Assembly: GCA_002897735.1 (NCBI GenBank)
Contig: BDTW01000052.1
Location: forward strand, 634 to 64,633
Reading direction: 5' to 3'
DNA from: a bacterium BMS3Bbin13
GTDB lineage: Bacteria; Pseudomonadota; Gammaproteobacteria; 21-64-14
Length of the DNA stretch: 64,000 bases
Numbering within the stretch: the stretch's first letter is position 1; every line of letters starts with the position of its first letter. The translations under genes were made by a program, and so were the position numbers. Of this stretch, positions 55,906 to 64,000 are shown piece after piece. The notes under the pieces were generated by a model. That model was not told the origin of the DNA and did no database searches. It saw nothing but the letters and a program-made list of their open reading frames with translations.

Positions 55906-56928
55906 ATGCCTCAGACCGCCGATCCGACCTCCACCATCCCCCGTGTCGTGCTCCTCGGCCTCGGCCGCTGGGGCGCCAACCATCTGCGCGTGCTGCGCGG
56001 GCTTCCCGTGGAACTCTACTGCGCCGACACCGATCCCGCCCGTCTCGCCAAGCTCGCCGAGACGGGCATTGCTCAGGAGCGCCTGTCCACCGATCCCTAC
56101 GCCTTCCTGGACACGGTGGACTGCGTGGTGGTGGCGACGCCGGCACAGTCCCACTATGAACTGTGCCGGCGCTACCTGGAGGCGGACAAGGACGTGTTCG
56201 TGGAGAAGCCGCTCACACTCACCTCGCAGGATTCGCGCGCGCTCGCGGAGCTGGCCGAGTCGCGCGGGCGGATCCTGCAGGTCGGCCACATCTTCCGCTT
56301 CGATCCGGCCGCGCAGTGGTTGAACCGGGCGATCGCCAAGGGTGAGTTCGGGAACCTCAAGATCCTGCGCGGCAACTTCAGCGGCTTCAAGCGCCCGCGC
56401 AACGACAGCGGCGTCACCTTCGCCGACGCCATCCACTTCGTGGACCTGTTCAACCTGTTCATGGGGGGACCGCCGGTGCGCGTGACCGCCATGCTCGGTG
56501 ACTTTCTCGGGCGCGGCATGGACGACGAGTCGTGGATCGCCCTGGACTATGAGACACCCGGCGGGTCGGTGGTCTCGGCCCTGATCGAGACCGGTTACCA
56601 CACCCCCGGAAAATACCGGGAGGTGAAGGTGCTGGGCGAGCGCGCCAGTGCGGTCTGCGACTTCAACGTCGCACAGTACAAGGTCCGCATGTTCGACGCG
56701 CACCACGAGGTCGGCCAGGACGGTATCGTGGCGGTGGAGGAGACCACCCGCCAGCTCGAGTTTCCACCCGAGGAGCCGCTGCTCGCCGAAGTGCGCGCGT
56801 TCCTCGATTCGATGACGAGCCGCACCCCCCCCCTGGCCGACGGCTGGGCCGGCTACTGGGCGGTGCGCGTGATCGAGCGCGCCCTGGAATCCGCGCGTGA
56901 GCGCAGGACACTGCCGCTGGACGCCTGA
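55906..56928 (+). CDS. Gfo/Idh/MocA NAD-dependent sugar oxidoreductase
   Basis: GLGRWG Rossmann motif, VATPAQSH, VFVEKP, QVGHIFRF and DAIHFVD. Confidence 0.9.
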   Translation: MPQTADPTSTIPRVVLLGLGRWGANHLRVLRGLPVELYCADTDPARLAKLAETGIAQERLSTDPYAFLDTVDCVVVATPAQSHYELCRRYLEADKDVFVEKPLTLTSQDSRALAELAESRGRILQVGHIFRFDPAAQWLNRAIAKGEFGNLKILRGNFSGFKRPRNDSGVTFADAIHFVDLFNLFMGGPPVRVTAMLGDFLGRGMDDESWIALDYETPGGSVVSALIETGYHTPGKYREVKVLGERASAVCDFNVAQYKVRMFDAHHEVGQDGIVAVEETTRQLEFPPEEPLLAEVRAFLDSMTSRTPPLADGWAGYWAVRVIERALESARERRTLPLDA

Positions 56929-56984
56929 GCCGTACGCCGCGTCCGGGCACCCCCTTCCCTTACCCTTCTCAAGGAAACGAGCCG

Positions 56985-58073
56985 ATGAACAAGATTCCCT
57001 TGTCGCGAGTGTTTTTGAACGACGAGATCCGCGAGGCGGCGATGCAGGCGGTCAATTCGGGCAGTTACATCCTGGGCCCCGAGTGCCGGGCGTTCGAAGA
57101 GGAACTCGCCCGTTACGTGGGCATGGAGCACTGCGTGCTGTCCTCGTCGTGGACCGCCGCGGTCATGCTCCTGCACCAGGCGATGGGCGTGTCCGAGGGC
57201 GACGAGATCATCATCCCCTCGCACACCGCCTTCCCGTCCGTCGAACCGCTGATCCACTGCGGCGCCAAACCCGTGTTCGTGGACGTCGATGAGAGCTATT
57301 GCCTGGACCCCGATGCGGTGGAGGCGGCGGTGACGCCGCGTACCGTGGGGATCCTCCCGGTCCACCTCTACGGCCACCCGGCGGACATGGACCGCCTCAT
57401 GGCGATCGCCGAGCGGCACAAGCTGTGGGTGATGGAGGACTGCGCCCAGGCCCACGGCGCGCGCTACCGCGGGCGGCGCGTGGGTTCCATCGGCACCGCC
57501 AGCGCGTTCTCGTTCTACCCGTCGAAGAACCTGACGGTGATGGGCGACGGCGGCTGCATCATGACCAACGACGCGCAGGTCGCGGAGAAGGTCCGCATGC
57601 TGCGCAACCACGGACGCAAGAGCAAGTTCACGCACGAGATCGTGGGCTACAATCTGCGCTTCAACGAGATCCAGGCCGCGATCGGGCGCGTGATGCTGCG
57701 CCATCTCGACACGCTCAACGCCCACCGGCGCGAAGTGGCGGCGCTGTATGACGAGCGCCTCGCCGGTCTCGTCGAGACCCCGCGCGAGCAGCCCTGGGCC
57801 GAGTCGGTCTACCATATGTACGTGATCCGCTCGCGCGATCGCGATGCGCTCGGCGCCTGGCTCAAGGAGCAGGGGATCGCCACCGGTATCCACTACCCGG
57901 TCGCCAACCACCGGCAGCCGGCGATCACCGGGCGCTACACCGACCTCCCGCGGCTGCCGCGTACCGAGGCGCTGGTCGAGGAGATCCTGTCGCTGCCGAT
58001 CTACGGCGAGCTGCCGCTGACGGATGTCGACCGCGTATGCGGGAAGATCGCCGAGTATCGAGGTTCCCGGTAG
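56985..58073 (+). CDS. DegT/DnrJ/EryC1/StrS sugar aminotransferase
   Basis: PVHLYGHPADM, EDCAQAHG, FSFYPSKNL (PLP Lys) and GYNLRFNEIQAA. Confidence 0.93.
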   Translation: MNKIPLSRVFLNDEIREAAMQAVNSGSYILGPECRAFEEELARYVGMEHCVLSSSWTAAVMLLHQAMGVSEGDEIIIPSHTAFPSVEPLIHCGAKPVFVDVDESYCLDPDAVEAAVTPRTVGILPVHLYGHPADMDRLMAIAERHKLWVMEDCAQAHGARYRGRRVGSIGTASAFSFYPSKNLTVMGDGGCIMTNDAQVAEKVRMLRNHGRKSKFTHEIVGYNLRFNEIQAAIGRVMLRHLDTLNAHRREVAALYDERLAGLVETPREQPWAESVYHMYVIRSRDRDALGAWLKEQGIATGIHYPVANHRQPAITGRYTDLPRLPRTEALVEEILSLPIYGELPLTDVDRVCGKIAEYRGSR

Positions 58074-58805
58074 ATGACCGGATCCGAGGTCAGCTTCATC
58101 GTTCCCTGCTATAACGAAAAAGGTAATCTGGGTCCGCTCGTCGAGGCGATCGAGGCCCAGGCCGAGGCGCTCGATCTCGACTACGAGATCGTCGTCACCG
58201 ACGATCGCAGTACCGACGGTTCCTGGGAGGTCCTGCAGCGGCTCGCACGAACGCACCCGCGCCTGCGCGGCCTGCGTCTCGAGCATAACTGCGGCGAGTC
58301 CGCGGCGATCTTCGCGGCCGTGCACGCCGCCCGCGGCGCGATCCTCGTCACCTTGGACGCCGACCTTCAGAACGACCCGAGCGACCTGCCGGCGTTCCTC
58401 GCCGCGCTGCGCGAGGCGGACTGCGTGTGCGGGACCCGCAAGCAGAGCCGCCGTGCCGGCGACGGCCGGCTGAAGAGCGTGGTCTCGCGCATCTCCAACG
58501 GCGTGCGCAGCCGCATACTCCGGGACTCGATCACCGACGCCGGTTGTACCTATCGGGCGTTCCGCCGCGAGTGTATCGATCAGGTGCCGTTCTTCAATGG
58601 CGTACACCGCTTCCTGCCGATCCTCATCGGGCTGCAGGGCTATCGCGTGACCGAGGTTCCGGTCACCAACCGGCCGCGGCACAGCGGGCGCAGCCACTAC
58701 GGCGTATTGAACCGCGCCGGTGCCGTGATCGATATGTTCGCCGTGCGCTGGATGAAGAAACGAATGATCCGCTACCGCGTCACCGAACACATCCCGCCGG
58801 AGTGA
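58074..58805 (+). CDS. GT2 polyprenol-phosphate glycosyltransferase (ArnC/DPM-like)
   Basis: IVPCYNE, DDRSTDGS, TLDADLQNDP, DAGCTYRAFR, HRFLP and RPRHSGRSHYG. Confidence 0.9.
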   Translation: MTGSEVSFIVPCYNEKGNLGPLVEAIEAQAEALDLDYEIVVTDDRSTDGSWEVLQRLARTHPRLRGLRLEHNCGESAAIFAAVHAARGAILVTLDADLQNDPSDLPAFLAALREADCVCGTRKQSRRAGDGRLKSVVSRISNGVRSRILRDSITDAGCTYRAFRRECIDQVPFFNGVHRFLPILIGLQGYRVTEVPVTNRPRHSGRSHYGVLNRAGAVIDMFAVRWMKKRMIRYRVTEHIPPE

Positions 58806-58812
58806 ACCCGCC

Positions 58813-59145
58813 ATGAACTGTGTATACAAAGGAGTCTGGCTTACCGACCCGCACCGCGTCCTCGGGATGGACTGGAGTTACCTGACCATCCTCGGACTGA
58901 TCGGCACCGTCACCTTCTCGATGCGCTTCATCATCCAGTGGCTGGCGTCCGAACGCGCCGGCAAGAGCGTGATCCCCACCAACTTCTGGTACTGGAGCAT
59001 CGGCGGAAGCCTGCTCATGCTGATCTACTTCACCTTCCAGCGCGATCCGGTGGGCGTCCTCGCCTACCTCCCCAACTCCGCGATCTACCTGCGCAACCTC
59101 TACCTGACCCGCAAGAACAAACGCAAAGGTATGGGCGCCGCCTGA
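58813..59145 (+). CDS. Lipid A biosynthesis N-terminal (LAB_N) domain membrane protein
   Basis: FSMRFIIQWLASERAGKSVIP..FWYWS..G, DPV and IYLRNL. Confidence 0.85.
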   Translation: MNCVYKGVWLTDPHRVLGMDWSYLTILGLIGTVTFSMRFIIQWLASERAGKSVIPTNFWYWSIGGSLLMLIYFTFQRDPVGVLAYLPNSAIYLRNLYLTRKNKRKGMGAA

Positions 59146-59317
59146 GGAGGCCCCCTTGAGCCGCCGCAAGCTGCCGCCGGGGCGGCGGCGGCTCGAACTA
59201 CCGGCTCAGCCACCTCCGAAAATCACCGCCGCCCAAGCCGAATCCGCCAAGCCGGGCTACCGCCGAGGACGCCGCGGCGATTTGTGAGGCTCCTCCCGGC
59301 CCGCGGGGACGCGGGGG

Positions 59318-62300
59318 TCATGTCCGGGGCGGCGCGTGTGAGCGCAGGAACTGCGCGAGGAATCGACCGGTGTGCGAGCGGCGCCGCGTGGCGATCTCCT
59401 CGGGCGTGCCCTGAGCGACGATGCGCCCGCCCCGATCGCCGCCCTCGGGGCCGAGATCGATCACCCAATCCGCCTCGGCGATCACGTCCAGGTTGTGTTC
59501 GATCACCAGCACGGTGTGGCCCGCGTCGACCAGCCGATGCAGTACGCGCATCAGCTTCTCCACGTCGGCCATGTGCAGCCCGATGGTCGGTTCGTCGAGC
59601 AGATACAGGGTGTGCGCGTCCCCGCCGGGCGCCCGGCCCGCCGCACGCGGGCGGGCGCGCGCGAGTTCGGTGACCAGCTTGAGCCGTTGCGCCTCGCCGC
59701 CGCTCAGCGTCGGGCTCGGTTGGCCCAGGGGGAGGTAGCCGAGCCCGACCTCCTCCATGAGCTGCAGCGGGTGGCGGATGCGCGGGTGCGAGGCGAAGAA
59801 CCGGGCGGCCTCGGCCGCGTTCATCGCCAGCACCTCGGCGATATTTTGGTCACGGTAGCGCACCTCCAGCGTTTCGGCGTTGAAACGCCGCCCGCCGCAG
59901 GTCTCGCAGCCCACCGTTACGTCCGGCAGGAAGCTCATTTCGATGCGCTTCACGCCCTGGCCGTCGCACGACTCGCAGCGTCCCCCCGCGACGTTGAAGG
60001 AGAACCGCCCCGGCCCGTAGCCGCGCAGGCGCGCCTCGGTGGTCTCGGCGTAGCGCCGGCGCACCGCGTCCCAGATCCCGACATAGGTGGCCGGGCACGA
60101 GCGCGGCGTCTTGCCGATCGGTGTCTGGTCGACTTCCAGTACGCGCTGCAGCGCCTGCCGGCCGGTGATGGCGCGGCAGCCGAAGGGACGCGGCGGCGCG
60201 CCGCCGCGCCGGCCGCGCCTCAGCAGCCGGCGCAGGTTTTCGAGCAGCACGCCGCGCAGCAGACTGCTCTTTCCGCTGCCGCTGACGCCCGTCACGCACA
60301 CCAGGCGCCCGAGCGGGATGCGCACCCGCAGGTCCCTGAGGTTGTGCAGGTGCGCGCCCTCGATCTCCAGCGTCTCCGCGCCGGTGCGCCGGTGCGTGAC
60401 CGCCCGACGGTTCGGGCGCATCGGATGAACGGGCGGGTGTGCCAGCAACCGCCCGGTCACCGAATCCGGGTTGCGCATCAGCGCCCGCGCGCCGCCCTGC
60501 GCCACTACGCGCCCGCCGTGCACGCCGGCGCCGGGGCCGAGGTCCACCACGTGGCGCGCGCGGCGGATGGTCTCCTCGTCGTGCTCGACCACCACCACGG
60601 TATTGCCCTTTTTCTGCAGCCGCTCCAGGATGTCGAGCAGGCGCCGGTTGTCGCGCGGGTGCAGGCCGATGGTCGGCTCGTCCAGGACGTAGCATACCCC
60701 GCGCAGGTTGGAGCCGAGCTGTGCCGCGAGGCGGATGCGCTGGGCCTCGCCGCCGCTGAGAGTCGGCGAGGCGCGGTCCAACGTGAGGTAGTCGAGCCCG
60801 ACCTCGCGCAGGAACGCAAGCCGCGTGCGGATCTCGGCGAGCGGCGCGCGCGCGATCTGCGCCGCGCGCCCGTGCAGGCGCAACGCGGCGAACGCCCGCT
60901 CGGCGCCGCTCACCGACAGCGCCGCGTAGGCGCCGATGTCGCGCCCGGCCAAGAGCACCGCCAGTGCCTCCGGGCGCAGCCGCCGGCCGCCGCATGCGGG
61001 GCAGGGGCGCTCCTCACCGTCCCACCGGCGGTTCCACTCGATCTCCTCGCCGGTCTGTTCCTCGTCGAAACCCTCGAGGATCAGTCCGGTCCCATAGCAG
61101 GACTCGCACCAGCCGTGACGCGAGTTGTAGGAGAACAGCCGCGGGTCCGGCTCGGGGAAGCCGCGCCCGCAGCCCGGACAGGCGCGTCGCGTCGAGAACA
61201 GCGTCGTCGCGCCGGGCACACCGTCCTTGCCGCGCAACGTCGCTACGCGCACCACGCCCTTGCCGAAATCCAGGGCGCATGCGATCGCCGCGCGCAGCTC
61301 GGCTTCGCCATGCGCCTCGACCGTCAGGGTCGCGACCGGCAACTCGATGTCGTGCTCGCGGAAGCGCTCCAGCCGCGGCCAGGGATCGGTGGGCACGTCC
61401 GCCCCGTCGACCACGAGCTGCGCGTAGCCCTTGGTGCGCGCCCACTTCGCGAGGTCGGTGTAGTACCCCTTGCGGGCGGTCACCAGCGGCGCCAGGATCC
61501 GCACCCGGCGCCCGCGCCGGCGGCGCAGGATCCGCGCGACGATCACCTCCGGCGTCTGTGCTTCGATGGCGATCCCGCAGTCCGGGCAATGCGGCACGCC
61601 CAGCTTCACGAACAGCAGGCGCAGGAAGTGGTGGATCTCGGTGACCGTGGCGACGGTGCTCTTGCGTCCGCCGCGGCTGGTGCGCTGCTCGATCGCCACC
61701 GTCGGCGGGATGCCGAACACCGCGTCGACCTCGGCCCGCGCGGCGGGCTGCACGAACTGGCGCGCGTAGGCGTTCAGCGACTCCAGGTAGCGGCGCTGGC
61801 CCTCGGCGAACAGGATGTCGAAGGCGAGCGTGCTCTTGCCGCTGCCGCTCACGCCGGTGATCACGGTGAAGCGTTCGCGCGGGATCTCCAGGTCGATGCC
61901 CTTGAGGTTGTGTTCGCGGGCGTTGTGGATCCGGATGGCGCCTCCCGTCCCGCCGCCGTTTCCACGCCGTGCCGCGTCGTGTTCCGCCGCCGCTTCGATC
62001 TCCGAGGCGGCGGATCCGGTCGCGCCCAGCGCCGCGCCGGTGTGGCTCCCGGGGCAGGCCGCGACCTCGGCGGGGGTGCCCGCGCAGACCAGGCGGCCGC
62101 CGTCCTCGCCGCCCTCCGGGCCGAGGTCGATGATCCAGTCCGCGGCGCGGATCACGTCCAGATTGTGCTCGACGACCACCACCGAGTGGCCCTCGGCCAG
62201 CAGACGATCGAAGGCGCGCAGCAGCACCGCGATGTCGTGGAAGTGCAGGCCCGTGGTAGGTTCGTCGAACAGGAACAGGGTCGGCCCGCGGGTGCCGCCG

Positions 62301-64000
62301 CCGCGGCGTGCGAGGTGACCGGCGAGCTTGAGCCGCTGCGACTCGCCGCCGCTCAGGGTCGGCACGGGCTGGCCGAGCGCGAGATAGTCGAGACCCACCC
62401 GGGACAGGGGTTCGAGCGCGCGCAGTACCGCCTCCTCTCCGGCGAAGAACGCGCGCGCCTCCTCCACCGTCATCTCGAGCACCTCCGCGATCGAGGCCGA
62501 GCGGCCCGCGCCGCGGCGGCGCACCTCGAGGACCTCGGGACGGTAGCGCCGCCCGTCGCAGTCCGGGCAGCGCAGATAGAGGTCGCTCAGGAACTGCATC
62601 TCGACGTGTTCGTAGCCGCTGCCGGCACAGGTCGGGCAGCGGCCCGAGCCGGAGTTGAAGCTGAAGGTGCCGGCGCTATAGTCGCGCTCGCGGGCCGCGG
62701 GCTCGGCGGCGAACAGCTTGCGGATCGGATCGAGGGCACCGACGTAGCTCGCCGGATTGGAGCGGGTGGTGCGCCCGATGGGGGCCTGGTCGACCAGCAC
62801 GACGTCGGCGAGCCCTTCGTGGCCGGCCACGCCGCGGTGGCGCCCGGGCGGATCGGCGGGTCGGCCCATGAGCTTGCGCAGCGCGTTGTAGAGCACATCG
62901 CGCACCAGGGTCGATTTTCCGGAACCGCTGACGCCGGTGATGCACACCAGGCGGTTGAGGGGGATCCGTACGTCGAGGTCCCGCAGGTTGTGCTCGCCGG
63001 CGCCGAGGAGGTGCAGCGTGCCGGCGCCCGGGCGCGCGCGGCGCGTCCCGCCGGCGTCCGGGTCGGTCACCGAGCGGCGCCCGGACAGATACTGTGCAGT
63101 GAGCGAGCGCCGCGAACGCAACAAGGCACGCGGCGTCCCGAAGAACACCGCCTCGCCCCCGCGCGCACCGGGACCCGGGCCGAGGTCCAGAATGCGATCG
63201 GCGGCGCACATCACCCGGGCGTCGTGCTCGACGACCAGCAGCGAGTTGCCGGCGTCGCGCAGGCGTTTCAGCACCCCGATCACACGCCCGATGTCGCGCG
63301 CGTGCAGGCCGATGCTCGGCTCGTCGAGTACGAACAGGGTGTTCACCAGCGAGGTGCCGAGCGCCGTGGTGAGGTTGATGCGCTGCACCTCGCCGCCGCT
63401 CAACGTGCGCGACTGACGGTCCAGGGTGAGGTAACCGAGGCCCACCTCGACCAGGTAGCGCAGCCGCGAGCGGATCTCGCCGAGCAGCAGATCGGTGGCC
63501 TCATCGAGCGGCGCCGGCAGACGCAGCCCCGCAAAAAAGTCGTGGCAGCGCCCGATCGGCAGGCAGACGAGCCCATGGAGGTTGTAACCCTCGGATGCGC
63601 CGGCCGTCTCCCCCCCGATTCGCCAAAGCAGGGCATCGGGTTTCAGGCGCGCACCCGCACAGGCCGGGCACGGGTTGTAGGCCCGGTAGCGCGAGAGCAG
63701 CACGCGGATGTGCATGCGGTAGGACTTGGTCTCCAGCCACTCGAAGAAGCGCCTTACCCCGTACCAGTGCCCGTCCTCCCAGGGACCCTCGCCCTCCAGC
63801 ACCCAGCGCCGGTGCTCCGCACCGAGTGCGCGCCACGGTACACCGGTGGGCACGCCGCGGCGTCGTGCGAAGCGCATCAGGTCGGTTTGGCACTCGCGGT
63901 AACTCTCGCTCTGCCAGGGCTTGACCGCGCCGCCGGCCAGCGTGCGCTCCTCGTCCGGGACCACCAGGGCGTAGTCGATGCCGAGCACGCGGCCGAAGCC
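59318..64000 (-). CDS. uvrA: Double-length UvrA family excinuclease ATPase (5' end beyond window)
   Basis: Frame is open to the window edge. Four LSGGE signatures, four DEP(S/T)xGLH Walker B motifs, three GVSGSGKS Walker A motifs and several CxxC zinc modules are visible. Confidence 0.92.
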   Translation of the reverse strand, partial: GFGRVLGIDYALVVPDEERTLAGGAVKPWQSESYRECQTDLMRFARRRGVPTGVPWRALGAEHRRWVLEGEGPWEDGHWYGVRRFFEWLETKSYRMHIRVLLSRYRAYNPCPACAGARLKPDALLWRIGGETAGASEGYNLHGLVCLPIGRCHDFFAGLRLPAPLDEATDLLLGEIRSRLRYLVEVGLGYLTLDRQSRTLSGGEVQRINLTTALGTSLVNTLFVLDEPSIGLHARDIGRVIGVLKRLRDAGNSLLVVEHDARVMCAADRILDLGPGPGARGGEAVFFGTPRALLRSRRSLTAQYLSGRRSVTDPDAGGTRRARPGAGTLHLLGAGEHNLRDLDVRIPLNRLVCITGVSGSGKSTLVRDVLYNALRKLMGRPADPPGRHRGVAGHEGLADVVLVDQAPIGRTTRSNPASYVGALDPIRKLFAAEPAARERDYSAGTFSFNSGSGRCPTCAGSGYEHVEMQFLSDLYLRCPDCDGRRYRPEVLEVRRRGAGRSASIAEVLEMTVEEARAFFAGEEAVLRALEPLSRVGLDYLALGQPVPTLSGGESQRLKLAGHLARRGGGTRGPTLFLFDEPTTGLHFHDIAVLLRAFDRLLAEGHSVVVVEHNLDVIRAADWIIDLGPEGGEDGGRLVCAGTPAEVAACPGSHTGAALGATGSAASEIEAAAEHDAARRGNGGGTGGAIRIHNAREHNLKGIDLEIPRERFTVITGVSGSGKSTLAFDILFAEGQRRYLESLNAYARQFVQPAARAEVDAVFGIPPTVAIEQRTSRGGRKSTVATVTEIHHFLRLLFVKLGVPHCPDCGIAIEAQTPEVIVARILRRRRGRRVRILAPLVTARKGYYTDLAKWARTKGYAQLVVDGADVPTDPWPRLERFREHDIELPVATLTVEAHGEAELRAAIACALDFGKGVVRVATLRGKDGVPGATTLFSTRRACPGCGRGFPEPDPRLFSYNSRHGWCESCYGTGLILEGFDEEQTGEEIEWNRRWDGEERPCPACGGRRLRPEALAVLLAGRDIGAYAALSVSGAERAFAALRLHGRAAQIARAPLAEIRTRLAFLREVGLDYLTLDRASPTLSGGEAQRIRLAAQLGSNLRGVCYVLDEPTIGLHPRDNRRLLDILERLQKKGNTVVVVEHDEETIRRARHVVDLGPGAGVHGGRVVAQGGARALMRNPDSVTGRLLAHPPVHPMRPNRRAVTHRRTGAETLEIEGAHLHNLRDLRVRIPLGRLVCVTGVSGSGKSSLLRGVLLENLRRLLRRGRRGGAPPRPFGCRAITGRQALQRVLEVDQTPIGKTPRSCPATYVGIWDAVRRRYAETTEARLRGYGPGRFSFNVAGGRCESCDGQGVKRIEMSFLPDVTVGCETCGGRRFNAETLEVRYRDQNIAEVLAMNAAEAARFFASHPRIRHPLQLMEEVGLGYLPLGQPSPTLSGGEAQRLKLVTELARARPRAAGRAPGGDAHTLYLLDEPTIGLHMADVEKLMRVLHRLVDAGHTVLVIEHNLDVIAEADWVIDLGPEGGDRGGRIVAQGTPEEIATRRRSHTGRFLAQFLRSHAPPRT

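Overview
GC-rich, gene-dense chromosomal window, most likely from a proteobacterium. The glnK-amtB/ubiK/comM synteny, sigma54 promoters and AddAB-type repair genes suggest a gamma- or betaproteobacterium; an acid-tolerant or sulfur-metabolising lifestyle is an inference from gene content. Left to right it holds: an AEC transporter; an APC permease-gadC-gadB locus; DUF3014 and two SAM methyltransferases; a PilZ/DUF1631/GGDEF/EAL protein; a Zn-lid adenylate kinase; DUF1614 followed by a coupled PLP decarboxylase + ATP-grasp pair; a sigma54/NtrC-type porin-urtABCDE-ureDABCEFG urea operon; dacB; tRNA-Arg(CCG) flanked by two different inverted-repeat elements; comM-ubiK; a sigma54/NtrC-type porin-glnK-amtB operon; a sensor/EAL protein; CDGSH and fetAB-like genes; divergent speE/speA separated by nested mobile-element and toxin-antitoxin relics; a TetR-DsrE-TusA module with two matching palindromic operators; hemH; a 5'-nucleotidase; addAB-like genes; an arnT-oxidoreductase-aminotransferase-GT2-LAB_N cluster; and a 5'-truncated double-length uvrA. 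No CRISPR array, rRNA or intact transposase/integrase was seen. Best candidates for undescribed systems: (1) the non-canonical ArnT amino-sugar cluster, (2) the TetR-controlled DsrE/TusA sulfur-relay module, (3) a 29-bp-TIR miniature element family that supplies the comM stop codon, and (4) the decarboxylase/ATP-grasp pair. All family assignments are by motif recognition by eye; no database searches were run.
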